Positions 15,754 through 28,990 of a stretch of DNA of 64,000 nucleotides are shown in pieces (positions within the stretch are counted from its first letter, which is position 1; each line of letters opens with the position of its first letter). Position numbers and translations under genes: made by a program. Below the pieces are notes generated by a model, which searched no databases, was not told the DNA's origin, and worked only from the letters and a program-made list of their open reading frames with translations. The DNA is from the human T2T-CHM13v2.0 reference genome, Homo sapiens. The DNA lies in the NCBI RefSeq assembly GCF_009914755.1, contig NC_060934.1. One strand, written 5' to 3'.

Positions 15754-17145
15754 ACAGGGGTATTGGTTAATGATTTTGAAACCACAACGCAGGGATAATG
15801 GAATCAAATAATTGATGGATGCAGGATGATGGAAGCCAATTTTCTCACTGTTGGAGGAGGAGGTTGAGGAAGCTTAGAGTGATCATGTGGTCCTGGATTA
15901 GAGTTGGATATTTTAGTATTAACTCCTATTTAGCTTAATATAGATAGCAATGAGTCCCTAGGGGAATATTTATAGATATGAGTATAGTCATGGGTTAGGA
16001 CACTCAAATATCTCTCCTTGCTCTGTTGGTTAGCAGGGCTTGGAAGCAATGGAATCCCAGAAGTATGGAACACACACATCACCCAGATTCTGACTTCTAA
16101 TACCAGTCTCTAAAGAAAGGAACAAGACATCCTGGCAGATACTGTGGATTCTAGGGCTGGGCAGGGCATATAGAAGAAGAGCCTGGCATGTCTCATAGTG
16201 CCAGAATGTAAGTATATAGCACACACACAAGCGCACAAACACTCAACAACGGGGTGTATCAAAGTGACACAGTAGCCAACTGAAAGAGCTCCTAGTGGCC
16301 ACAGGTGGAATAATTTCAGCAACAAAATTAATAAAGTAGTACTAGATTATGACCTCATGTATATAATAAATATGCATGAGATCATATTGGTATCAACATA
16401 TGATTGAATATATAACTAAAAATAAGGGAGAGCAAACAAACCTCTCATGTAGAAGAATTTAAAATAATTTATGTAGATACCCCTGTCTCAAGGAGGTAGA
16501 ATATAACTCCCCCTCCCCTAAGTGTTGGCTGCATACGGTGACTTACCTCCAAAGAGTACTGGATGGGAAATGGGAAAAAGAGTAACTTTACAGTAGAGAA
16601 ACCAGACAGACCCCCTCAGCCAGGTGAGCAAGGCAGACAAAGTTAAGTTATGTCAGTGGCATGTGCCTTTACCTCAGTGGTTTTTCCCTCAAATCCTGCA
16701 ACTCCAATCTAATCATGGGGAAAATACCAGGCAAAGTCCACCTGATGGACCTTCTACAAAATAGCTGAAAAGTCTTCCCCAAAACTCCCCAAACTGTCAA
16801 AGTCATTTAAACAAGGTCATCCTGACAAAGTCTGAGAACTTGTCACAGCCATAGAGGAGCTGAAGGATACACAACGACTAAATGTTATGCGGTGTCCAGG
16901 ATGGGATTCCAGTACAGAAAAAGGATATGTGGTAAGACCTGAGGAAGCATCCATAAAGTATGGATTTTAGCTAATAATAATCAATAGTGGCTTCTTGGTT
17001 GTGACAGATGACCCCTACCCATGTAACATATGAACACTAGGAAAAACTGAGTGTCGGGTATGTGTGGACCTCTTGTACTACTATCTTCACAATTTTCTAT
17101 GAATCCAAACCTATTCTAAAATTCAAGGTTTATTTTTGAAAAAGT
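15754..17145 (+). mobile_element. Continuation of the ancient L1MC/MD-like 3' region
   Basis: Resumes right after the TSD; L1MC-type 3'UTR motifs ending …CTATTCTAAAATTCAAGGTTTATTTT. Confidence 0.6.
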
Positions 17146-19304
17146 CAATCGAGATTATGCAAGTGAAGGGAAGGGAGCGGGAATAAAATGAAGGCAGGAG
17201 GTCTGTGCATGCAAAGCCCTAGCTGGGAGAGATGGGAGAGGAGGAGAGAAAGAATGACTGGCCCGTAGAAGTTCTTCAAAAACATGGGTTTAGGAACTGG
17301 TAGAGGCTGATTTCAACATTACTTAGTGCTACTGATCTTTAAAATGCTAATTATTTTCCATTACCTTTGCTTTTAGTGGACATTTTCCCTACTATGAAGC
17401 ACAAGCAAGCAAAATTGTGTTTTCAACAGGCAATGTCTGTGCATTGCCTCTTGTTGAGGGCACCCCAAAGTACGTTGAACCAGCAGAGGGAAGATGTCAG
17501 GGAAAGGCCGTGTCCTGGTGGAGGATGAGGTGGGTGACCCCAGATGTCAGAGGACAGGAGGCAGAGCAGATCCACCAAACCTGCTGAGAGGGACCACCCA
17601 TTCTGCCCTGCTGTCTCCTGCAGCCAGGGCCAGATGGCAGAGGCTGTGCTTTCTTCCTCTGGTGAGTCATAGAGGCCACTAGCATCCTGAAAGGGAGGCC
17701 ACCAAGGTCTGGGCTTCTGCCATCTAGCCAGACTGTGACTTCCTGGAAATCAGCCACTGCAGAGCTCTAGTTTTGGGTGGCCATGGTTGCGGGTCTGTGG
17801 GCTGCTGCTGATGCTCCAGCCTATGGCCACAGTGAACACCCAGGTCCCAGCCAACTGCCTCCCAGAGGACTGCTGGATGGAGGCGGCTGCACATTCTCTC
17901 CTGCTCCTGCAAAGCAACCCAACTCCCATGCCCCATATCCTGAAACAAAGACCATGTGCTCTACAGTGTGGACAAGCATGTCAGTTCAGCATGAAAGGAG
18001 AGGTGGTCCAATGACGTAGTCACATGACAGCCCACAACCCCGCCGCCCCCGTGGCCCTGCTCTCATCTTGGCCTCAATGGTTCACAGACATCCCAGGCCC
18101 AGCTGGTAAAGGCTGGCATTCATCATCGCACTTTTCTCAGATTCTTGGCTTCAGTTCCCTAGCAGAGACCTTGGCCTTTACCACAGTTTAAAGATGTGCC
18201 TTTTAATGATTGAGTCAGTTTCAATTTTCAGCAGCTGCTTTAAGACAGCTTAGGCTAATTATTGTGTGATCATAAAAAAAATCACCTATGGATCTTGTTA
18301 AATTTACAGATGTTCCTGAGTCCCATCCCAAAGGAGAGTCCTGGGGATAAGTATTTTTAATATGCTTCCTGGGATGCAGATCTAAGTGCCTAGGAAATGA
18401 TGTAGAAAGTTCGAGCATGGTTTTTTTTCTAAGTTCTAGTTCTGCACTTCTTAAAAAAATTAGAAAGGGGAGGAAAGGGAGGTTGAAAATCTGAAACTAA
18501 GTGTTACAAAACGTCAGTTAGCAGAAACCTAAGAGACCAAGTTCTCCAATCCTTTCTTTTCACAGGAACAGAGCTGGGACCAGCGAGGTGAAGGGTCTCA
18601 CTGAGGTCATTCAACTACAAAATGCCAGAGCAGGAGTGGAGGCCAAGTCCCCAGGCTCCAATTCATGACCTCAAGGTGAAAAGATCTCCCGAGACAGATA
18701 ACAGTTCTCATTTAAGCAAGAATTAAAAATAAAACCTCTCAGTGCTTTAAGACTGTGTTTCCACTAGGCAGTTTATTGTACCCTGTAGATCTGCAAACAC
18801 TCCCAAAGATGCCTAAACAAAGGCTGCAGTCATCACTCTGTTGGCTGGGCTGACTTGCTTTCTCCTTCTCCAAACTCTCCTTTGCTCCAAACCTCTTCAC
18901 CCCACCCACCCATTAGTTGTCCTCCCAAGTCCTTTTTGAGCTTGGTCCCAGCCTCATGCTCTCTCCCCAGTCCCCAGTCCAAGATGACTCTGGAGTTCGT
19001 AGCCTCAGCTTGCTGTCCCTGGACAGAGCCTGGGACACCTGACGAACCAGTAGGACCAAGGAGTGGGGTTCTGCTCTGTGGGGATCCAGGAGAGTTGCCT
19101 CTGATTTCTAAGGGAGCACTGCTTTCCAAACAGAGGCAAGTCACAGAGCTCTCTCCGAAGCTATCAGGCTCACCCTTAGGGTCAGCTTAGAGGGAGGCTA
19201 AGGTTATAGGGGGTTGACTGGGCACTGAACACTGGTCACTGAACACTTCTGATGTCTCTCTCTATCCCTGCAACCATCCTAGTAATGACAGAAGAGCATG
19301 GAGG

Positions 19305-19490
19305 TACTGTTTTTGAATAGTTACTATGTGTCACCCACTGGGTTATTTGACACATTTATTTATTATTTCCAATTCTCACAACAGCCTCATGAGACAATGG
19401 TGTTCAGAGAGGTTAAGTAGCTGGCCCCAGTCTCACAGCCTGCAAGATTTGCTGCCAGGACTGGAATATGAGAGCAAAGCTTTGGCTCCT
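19305..19490 (-). mobile_element. MIR SINE
   Basis: TACTATGTGTC…TCTCACAACAGCCTCATGAG…TTCAGAGAGGTTAAGTAGCTGGCCC core. Confidence 0.6.
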
Positions 19491-19839
19491 TCACAGTCAA
19501 GCTCCCTCTCATCTGCAAACTGGAAAGCACATTGTTCAACTCCTAACCGCTCTCTAGGAACATTTTTGGTTCCATGCCCATCCTGGAGGTTTTCTCTAGA
19601 AATAGTAGTTCTAGATGACATTCCAATATCTCTTGATTGCTCAATACCCAAGCCATAAAGAACAAGGGAGAACCATGCATGTTTCCCTCAATTACTTCAT
19701 AATTTTATGATTACCTGGGGTCAAGAGAATGGTGGGAGGAGCTGAGGCTACAGGGACTCACAGGTCCTCTTGGTCTGTTCTCAGGAGAGGAGCAGGCTAT
19801 AAGGAAGGCTGTTGGGCCCTGAGGACCAACCATGGTAAT

Positions 19840-20045
19840 TAGGTTTGTTCTGAGCCTGTGTGTCAGGCAATGTGCTGGATGCTTTCCTAGCATGAGCTCA
19901 CTGAAGCATCACAGGACCCCTACTGCTGTGATCCCCATTTTCAAGCAAGGATAGGAGGCCTACGGAGTCTAAAACTCCCCTGAGTTAAGAGAGCTACGGA
20001 GTATCAGAGCCAGGATTCAGATGCAGGTCTGTCTGACATCACAGC
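19840..20045 (-). mobile_element. MIR SINE
   Basis: TGTGTCAGGCAATGTGCT…ATCCCCATTTT…CAGAGCCAGGATTCAGATGCAGGTCTGTCTGAC. Confidence 0.55.
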
Positions 20046-20069
20046 CTGTGCATGTGATCCCTGCAGTAG

Positions 20070-20411
<342 letters not shown>

Positions 20412-21293
20412 TAGGCAAAGGATTTCCTAAGCACCTACACTGCAATAGGTTGTATGAGGCCTTGGAGGTGTGAAGATGAATAGAACATTGACCTTGCCTT
20501 CTGTGGTTACTCCAGAACGGTGGAACGGACATGGATGGTTAAAGGCAGCATGCCATCTCCTCAACACACTGTGTAAGTTGAGGGATAGGAGGAGTTCATT
20601 CTCTTTCCTCAAGGGTGCCACGTAGGCAGAGGAATGGAGGCACATAGGAGAGCAACAGGAAAGGGCACACCTTGGGCAGGGGCAGCACCATGCTTTGTCT
20701 CACTATCCATCTTCGTTCGCTGTGTACTCTGCACCAGGTGGGCCCAGACAGGGATAAAACATTTCTCATCCTCAGGCATCACGTGGTCCCTGAGACATGC
20801 AGTGCAGAAACAAACAAATAGAGTGAATGCTTGCCGTGTTCACGTGTGTGTGTGTGTGTGTTTGTCTGCACAATGCAGGGAAAGGAGAAGTGCGAGTGAT
20901 GAGGCTGGAACAGAGCTGTGAATAAGACTTGAACGATTTTGAGCATCAAAATCCAAAATTGCTATTTTCTTTTGTAGACATAGAGTTCTGTCATTTAAAA
21001 CAGTGGAGAATCAACATCATCCCTATCAACACTTTTTCTCCAAGTATGAAAGAAAGACTTGACAAAGTTATCACATCCCGCCACCCCTCATCCATTCTTT
21101 CCCACACAAATCCTCTCCTTTACAGCCCCCAGCCCTAAGCGGGGAACTGGAGCTCCACCGCACACACCTCACCTCCTCTTGCTGGGCTTGGCTGGTTCTT
21201 CCTCCTCATCACCTCCTTTTTGCCACGTCTGTGCTGCTGGTCAGCACCTCATTTTCTCAGCTGGCCAATTGCAAATGTCCTCTAATTGGTCTC

Positions 21294-21800
21294 TGTTGTT
21301 AGCTGAGTTGTGTCTCCCAAAAAGATCTGTTCATGTCCTAACCCCTGGTACCTGTGAGTGTGACCTTATTAGAAATAAGGTCTTTGCAATGTGATCAGGT
21401 TAGGATGATGTCATGTTGGAACAGACATTCAATATGAAATTTGATATGACTGAAATTCAATATGACTAGTGTCGTTACATGCAGAAGGAAAGAGACACAA
21501 ACCCAGGCTCAGACACCAGGAGAACGCCACATGATGACAGGGCACTGAGCAATGCGTCTGTAAGCCAGGGACTGACAGGGACTGCCAGGGAATGCCAGGG
21601 AATGCCAGGGATTGCCAGCAACATCAGAAGCTAAGATAAAGGCTTGGGATAGATTTTTCCTAGAGCTTTCTGAGGAACGTGGACCTGCGATGCCTTGATT
21701 TTGGAACTCTGGCCTCTGCTACTGTGAGAAAATGAATTTCTATGTTTTGCAGCCACCCTGTTTGTGGTCATTTGTTAGGGAAGCCCCAGGAAAGGAATAT
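21294..21800 (+). mobile_element. MLT1C-like solo LTR, containing a 10-bp tandem (GCCAGGGAAT)-like run at ~21564-21617
   Basis: GTCCTAACCCCTGGTACCTGTGAGTGTGACCTTATT…ACTGTGAGAAAATGAATTTCTATGTTT. Confidence 0.75.
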
Positions 21801-22269
21801 GGTCTCCTTGCCTCCATATTTGCCTCCCACCCCCTGCATCCCCCATGGAGCTATCAGGTTGATCTTTCTAAATTGCAAATTTTCCCCAGTCATTTTCTCA
21901 TTTAAGGGTGTTAGTGGCTCCCCATTCTTTGCTTATCTCAGAATAAAATCCCAAAAACCCTCAGCTCTGTGACTGCCTCACTCTCATTTCTAACTTATGT
22001 TCCAAGTGTACTATGGGAAATTTTTTGTTTATTTTTCTGCGATAGAAATGTCTGCATTTTATTTTCTGTCTATTGACTTCTCATCCCTACATTATCTCAA
22101 GTGGCTGGATCATGCCCCTCCTACGTGCCCCTCTATCACTATGTCTGGAATAAGGAAGTGAAGAACAAGCGTTTGTTGGATAAGTGAATAGATGGATGAA
22201 TAACAGATTCAGGGAAAGCCAAGGCTCTTATTGCTGTCACAATGCAGAGTTCAGAACAGCATAAAAGGA

Positions 22270-22460
22270 TTTGAATCAGAGAAAAGTGGGGCTTTTCACT
22301 CTTTTCTTTACTGTTTGTGTGACTCGGGGAAAAATTGCTTAACCTCTGAGATTCATCTGTAAAGGCGATCTGTAGAGGCGATAATACATTCGCCATAGAA
22401 GCACTGAGAACATGAAGCAAGCTGGTGCGGGTGAATGAGAGGCTGTGCAATGCCTGGAGC
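22270..22460 (+). mobile_element. MIR SINE
   Basis: CTTACTGTTTGTGTGACTCGGGGAAAAATTGCTTAACCTCTGAG…CATCTGTAAAGG. Confidence 0.5.
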
Positions 22461-22914
22461 AAGCCACAGGGCTGACTCTTCCTTTCCCAGTTAAACCCAC
22501 ATGTTCATTATGTAACTGTGGATTAGAGTACTCCACATCTGAAGTCTCATAAATGCTAAGCAGAAATTGGCCTTTGTTTTGGACATACACAGGAGTGACC
22601 TCTGCAGTGAAAACTTCCCTAATTACTTGTGCAGAACAATAGCAAAAGCCACGAGGAGGTCCATTTAAACACGGGAGGGGCAATTAATCACAGCCCATTG
22701 GAATATTGCTTTTGGTCCTGAACTCAGTTTGCCTTACATACAGGAAATGAAATGCAGTAATTATGGTCGTCACTTGAGACTCCAGAGTCCTGGCTTCAAT
22801 TCCCCAATCCTTCATCATTTCATTTTGGCTGTGTCTATAGAACACCAAGACATCTGGCTAAAAAGTGAAAAATGCCATCCATTTTTCAACTCATGATTCA
22901 TTGCATATTCTACC

Positions 22915-23650
22915 TTTCCTTTTTTTATTGTGGTGCAATACCCATAATGTTTACTCTTTAACTGTTTTTAGGTGTGCAGTTTGGTCGTGTTAAGTACATT
23001 CACACTGTTATGTAACCATCACCACCATTCATTTCCAGAACTTTCATCATCCCAGCAGAAACTCTGTCTCCATTAAATAATAACTTTCACTCTCTCCCTC
23101 CCCTCAGACCCTGGCAACCACCATTCTCCTTCCTGCATCTGTGAATTTGATTAGGTACCTCATGTAAGTGGAATCATGCAGTATGCATCCTTTCATAAAT
23201 GACTGATTTAACTTAGCATAATGTCTTCAAGGTTCATGCATGTTGCAGCATGTGTCAGAATTTCACTCCTTTTTAAAGGTAAATAATATTCTATTGTATG
23301 TTTATACCACATTTTATTTATATATCATTTGTTGATGAACACTTGGGTTGCTTCTTCCTTTGGCTTTTTAAATACTGCTGCTCTGAACATGTGTGTGCAA
23401 ATATCTGTTCAAGTCCTTGCTTGTTTTTAATTCTTTTGGGTATATACCCAGAAGTGGAATTGTGGGATTATATGGTAATTCTGTTTCTAGTTTTTTGAGG
23501 AACTGCCATACTGTTTTCCACAGCAGTTGCCACATTCTACATTCCCACCAGCAGGGCACAAGAGTTCCAATTTCTCCACATCCTCACGATTACTTGTTAT
23601 TTATTTATATATTTTTTTGCTAATAGCCATACCAATGGGTGTGAAGTTCA
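22915..23650 (-). mobile_element. L1MB 3'-end fragment
   Basis: AGTACATTCACACTGTTATGTAACCATCACCACC. Minus ORF 23368-23559 resembles the ORF2 C-terminus (WQFLKKL…[12 protein letters not shown]). Confidence 0.8.
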
Positions 23651-24784
23651 CCTTTTTCATGTGTTGCAAGAATTTACTTTTACATGTTAATTCATTTATG
23701 CATTTGATGTCTTTTTTCCCCCATCATGTATTACAGTAGGTTTATCTGAACATCTTGCCCAACCTTTCTTCAGCACTCTGCCAAGTATTCTGGATTTTCA
23801 CATTTCTGACCACTGCATCCTAAAAATTTCTACAGCTCAACTGTATATTTGCAGAACACAGCACAATTAAAAGTCAAGAAGGAGGAGACAGTAAAGGACG
23901 ATGAGCAAGTATGAAGAGATTCTTCCTTCCCACACTGAGTGCTGTGGTCAGTGCCCCTGTGTCTGTGAGCCAGGTGCCGACTCCCACCCAGTACTCTGGT
24001 GATATCTGCTGGCCTCCGTGATTGCTGCTTCGTGAGGTTTCATTGCTGGGAGGTCTGTGAGCTTCCGGAGGAAGTGGAGGGCCACTTACCAATCTGTGTA
24101 TCCTTAGTACTCAATCAAGACCAACCCAGCAAATGCTCAACAATTTTTTTTTCTAATCAACTTCATTTAATTAAAGTAAATGAATTAGTGAATATGTAAT
24201 ATTCTTCTATAAGCAGAGGAAGTAGTCAGAAAAGCAAACTAAATTTTCTTGTCAAAATAATTCTATCTTCAGGAGAATTTACAAACTTCCCTATGTGGAG
24301 TTTCAATTCACGTGATTTTATTGACGGTAGCTTACTTGGTCTCCTAGCATACCGAAAACTTCCCCAAGGCTGTTTTAAATGTTGATTTGAATCTAAACAC
24401 CTAATTACTGGTCCCTGACTGGAGATACGGCTCCAGAGGCCCCGCAGTGCTGGCCGCTGCCAAGAGCTGCCTGGCAGTGATGGATTGTGCAGCTTGCTAG
24501 CCCCGCCAGCTGGGGGCCCAAGACTTCCTACAGAAGTGCCCAGTGGGGAGGCATGCTCGAGGGGCCTGACTCCTCGTTCCTGCCTGTGTTTTGTATTTGG
24601 GTCCACTTTTGTTTATTTTTGAGTCAATACCAGAGACAGAAAGGCCATAAGTTCTTCTGTTGACACAAGTACAGTCTTCAGCTTTGTAATGTTCATCCTT
24701 TCCCACCAAGAACAAGAGCTCTGGGGTGACAGTGGCCAGTTCCTGAACTTCCACCAGTATCTCCGACTGAGTTCTGACCTACCA

Positions 24785-25293
24785 CGTTGGGAGACAATTC
24801 CCCAAGTGCCTTTCCTGTTTCTCCTGACTGAGGTATTAGCTGCTTTTGTCCCAGACTGCCCTTTCAAGGATGTTTATAGAGAGAGCAGTCTGGAAGATAG
24901 TATACCCGCTACAGAGCAAAGGGCAAGTGTGCTTGCTGTCCAGTGAAATAAAAATAAAGTGTCCCTCTGGAGAAAAGGTTAGGCAGGTTTGCTTCCTACA
25001 TATTATAAAATACTCATATTCCTTAAACTCTGCTTCTCAGCTGTGATGCAAACTCACTGGATGTGCAGTGTCCACCGGGTCCCCTCTGTATCCTCTCAAT
25101 GGAATTTTTGGGGGGCAAAGGGAATGGATTCTAATGTCATGTTTCTTGCTGTACTGTAAGGAATAAAGTCTTTTGTCTCTGACTCAGGAGTCTCATATCT
25201 TTTGCCATCATCCAGGAAACTGTGGCAGGCTAACTAGTTACTATGTAAATAGGGTAAAATCTCACATCTGCAACCCTTCATGATTCATAATAC
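24785..25293 (+). mobile_element. LTR40-like (ERVL) solo LTR
   Basis: GTTGGGAGACAATTC start, TATAAAA, AATAAAGTCTTTTGTCTCTGACTCAGGAGTCTC, GTGGCAGGCTAAC…AGGGTAAAATCTCA. Confidence 0.7.
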
Positions 25294-26289
25294 ACGCTGA
25301 TGTCAGCTTTATAAGATGTTAACTAATTATGCCTTGATCCTCGCCTCATGCTGCCTTCCTCTGCCCAGGCCTAGGTCAAGTGCTCACCACACATATCTGT
25401 TCTCCACAATGTCTGTTATCCTATCCAGCACTGACTGCTGGGACCAGACTACACATGTCTGCACTGGGCCTGGTCATGAGGGAAGGGAGAAAGTTATTCT
25501 GAGGATCAAATGGATCCTGTAGGCTCTTCTGGAAATGTTGGTTGATAATGGGAATAATATTTTCATTCCCCACTTAAATTTCATTCTCCAGGTGTCTTCT
25601 CCCTCCAGGGCCATGCCATGAACTGTGTTATCCCAGGGAAGTTTAGCACTGGTATCTCTAGAACACATAGGTCATTGAACAATGTTAGTCTCAAAGTTAA
25701 CTTTCTCAAGTATTTAGGGGTGCAAGTAGTCTTGACAGCCAGCTAGGCCTTCACCTGGGGGCAGGCCGTGGGATTTTTGTTGAGGTCACAGGGAAGGAGC
25801 GGCAGTCCCGCCTGTGGTGCGTCCTGGTGCATGGCTGCATCCTCTGCGAGTGAGAAACATTTTCTGGTTCTCAAAAAGGTTACTTGTTGGCTAGCAGAGA
25901 AAAAGTCTTTATAAAAGAAGAAAGAGAGGATTTTTAAATTCTCAACCTACCAGGTTTAGACATAAAGACTTAGGCTTTCCAAGGTTCTGATCATAGAATT
26001 TTATTGCAAGTCATACTGCAGAAAGAGAGAGGACTGGGGACATAAAGTGAAGGAGTTCTCCAACCAGACTGAATGAGGAACAAGAGGCCCTGCCCTGCCT
26101 ACCCTGGGCCTGGGCCACGAGCTGGTGAGGAGGGAATAGGATGTAGAGGGAGGGCAAGGAAGCCACACCTGGGTCCACAGCCCACAACACGGAGGGGCTG
26201 GCCCTAAGTTAGAGCATAGTCAGAAGCAGGCAAGGAGGCTATTTGCACCAAGGGAAGGCAGCCACTGACATCTACCTGGATGCTTCTGA

Positions 26290-26720
26290 AGCCTTCTGTA
26301 ACTCTGGTCACCTGGCCTTCATGTTGTTTTGCAAACAGATCAGACATTCTTGTCTCAGGACTTTTGCACGAGCTGTTCCCTTTGTCTGAAAGATTCTTCT
26401 ACCAGATATTCTCATTGCTCACCATTTTTCAATTCTAAGTCTCCATGCAAATCTTTTCAAATATTACTTTATTGAGAAGGCTTCCCTGACAGTGTATTTA
26501 AAACAGCACCCTCCTATCCCAACAATCTCCATTGCCCTTCAGGGATATCCTTTCCTTGACAGCACCTATCACTGTCTGGTATGCGGTTGATCGTATTGTT
26601 GGCTTGCTGTCTTTTTGCTCCCATGGGGCAGGGAACTTTGTTTTGTGTGCTACTGGATCTCCAGTGCCTACAGTAGTGCCTGGCATGATGATCCCTTGAT
26701 GCACATTTGTTGAATGAATA
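26290..26720 (+). mobile_element. L2a 3' end
   Basis: CTCAGGACTTTTGCAC…CAGTAGTGCCTGGCA…ATTTGTTGAATGAAT. Confidence 0.7.
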
Positions 26721-27926
26721 CCCGAGTGAACGAGGCTCCAGGTTCATGAGAGAAGCTCTGCCTTGGCTCAGTGTCAGCCTCAATACAGGCTGGGAGTACT
26801 GAGAGGTGTCTAACAGTCAAGTCTGAGCCATCTTCTTGGCCCTAGGCCAAGCATGCATGGGGTCCAGGAGCTCCCACTTGCCACATAAGTGCATTTGAAG
26901 TGCAATGTGGATCAGCAGCAATCTCGTGTCTGGAAGAGATAGCTGCAGGAGCCAGAAGCGAGGTCGGGCCAGCATCAGCAGGGGTGGGTGGTACCTCCCT
27001 GCAATGAGAGCAGCCAGGATCACCATCGCCTCTGTGTCCTGACCACAGCCCAGGCAGAGCTTACAGACCAACAGGCAGGCTGCATACTGACCATGGATTG
27101 GCTGCTGCTTCTGCAGTGCCCAGGGCTCACACCCAGACCCCTATCTGGAGAAAGAGAGAGGCAGTGACAACCTAATGGACAGCTGAACTTGGAATTGACT
27201 GTTCACTAAAAGGGACCATTCAAGCCAAAAACAAATAGTTATGTGCTCACTGGGAACCACGGTTGCCTTCCTTTGCTCCCTAACTCCAATCCCCAGCTGA
27301 CGGGGTTTGCGTGGAAGACTAAGCAGTTGTAGGAAAATTTAAACAAACGTGTAAAATGTCTTTGTGCATGAGGGCAGTGAGTTAAATGTGGGACCCAGTC
27401 ATCACCCTGAGCCTGATATACACTTGATGAGAGCCCCCAGGGAGGTGCGCCCGAAGCAAGGTGGCCTATGGTATGTTTTCTTTCCAAAGCTCCCGCTTAG
27501 ATTAGGTTGGCTATGTTCACCGGGTCACTAGCTAAGTGTACAGCTGTCTCCTGCAGACGCCTTGGAGCGCTTCCTGGTGGGCACGGGCTATGGTGGCTCC
27601 TAGGGAGTGGAAGTGTTTCCTGCCCAACCACTTACTGACGGGTACGCCTTTGGAACTCTGCAGATTGCTCGGCTCTCTGGGGATCCCACGAGAGGCTCTG
27701 GAATTACCTCCTGGTGGAGGTAAGCAAAACTTAGGCAAGAGCCTGAACCATCTGGGAGCTGCCTGGAGCAGGAGAATTTCTAATCCGTTATCATGAGAAT
27801 AAGACCTAAGTAATCAAAAATGCTGTCAACGTGAATTTTGAGTTTCAGTGAAAACCAGACCAATTAGTTAAAGGATTAAATTGGTGAATATGATAGTTTC
27901 TACTGCTACCAACAGACTGTCAGAGA

Positions 27927-28153
27927 GCAGCGGTCCTCAATTGGGGGCAACTGTGGCCCTGCCCCAGGGACATCTGGGAGTGTCTGGAGGCACTGTGGGT
28001 TGTCACAGCTCAGGGGGTTGACACTGGTGCCCAGTGTACTGGAGCCCAGCTGCTGCTAACATTCTAGGATGCACAGCACAGGCCTCCACAGCTCCTCACA
28101 GCCAAGTAGGGGCTGGCCCTGAATGCTCACAGTGCCGGGTATGAGAAACCCAG
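27927..28153 (+). mobile_element. MER20 hAT-Charlie element
   Basis: CAGCGGTCCTCAATTGGGGGCAA…CCCCAGGGACATCTGG…GTTGTCACA…TGAGAAACCC. Confidence 0.75.
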
Positions 28154-28424
28154 CCATAGAGGTTTGCTTTTGCAAGGCCCTTTAGAATCTGTTCTTTCAA
28201 TGGTATTTCCCAAATGCCCTGTGAGGTAAGACAGGTAGTTATCATTGTGCCCATTTCACAGGGGGCCAAGGCTCAGAGCTGGCAAGTGACCTGCTTAGGC
28301 CCATGGAGCAAAGGACAGGGGAACAGCTCTCTCTCCACCACCAGCTCCTTTAGGGTCACCTGGCCAGGCCTGGGAACTTTTCTACTCAGTATCTGCTAGT
28401 TTTGAAAAAAGAAATAAAAACATA

Positions 28425-28990
28425 ACATTTATTAAGAGTCTACTGTGTGTCAGGCACAAAGACCAAAATTGTTGCTCTCAGGGACATTACAGGCTGGCAG
28501 GGCAGCAGTCAACAAACAAGGTAATGTGTAAAACACATGGCACACCAGATTGCAGGGGTGGAGGAGAAGAGGCGTGGAAGGAGGAGGTGTGGTGGAGCTG
28601 AACTAACGTTTTAGGCAGTGTGACCAGAGAAGACCTCAGCCGGGTGGCATTTGAGTGAAGACCTGAACCAAGTGAGGAAGCCAGCCATGTTGCTGTCTGG
28701 GGAAGAGGGTCCAGGTGCAGGGTCAGCAGGGGCAAAGGGCAGGCCTGGCATGCATGAGGTCCAGCATGGCTGACAGAGCACTAGGGAGAGGGAGAGAGCA
28801 GAAGAGGCCACAGACAAGAGTGGGGGAAAGGTGGGTGGGGCACATCGTAGACTCGCGAAGGTCATTTGAAGGACCTTGGCTTTCATCAGAAAAATAGGTA
28901 GCCACTGCAGGATCTGAGCAGCAGCTCGGCTGAGTCTTTGGATTTTAACTGGATCACTCTGGCTGCTGTGTGGAGGACGGACTGAAGGAA
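28425..28990 (-). mobile_element. L2 fragment
   Basis: CATTTATTAAGAGTCTACTGTGTGTCAGGCAC…GGATCACTCTGGCTGCTGTGTGGAG. Confidence 0.6.

Noticed and set aside
21564-21617. 10-bp tandem array
   Set aside because: Simple slippage expansion within an MLT1 LTR; no spacers, so not CRISPR-like.
23650-24420. AT-rich stretch faintly resembling a DNA-transposon or conserved non-coding remnant
   Set aside because: Could not assign a family or find termini without a database search.
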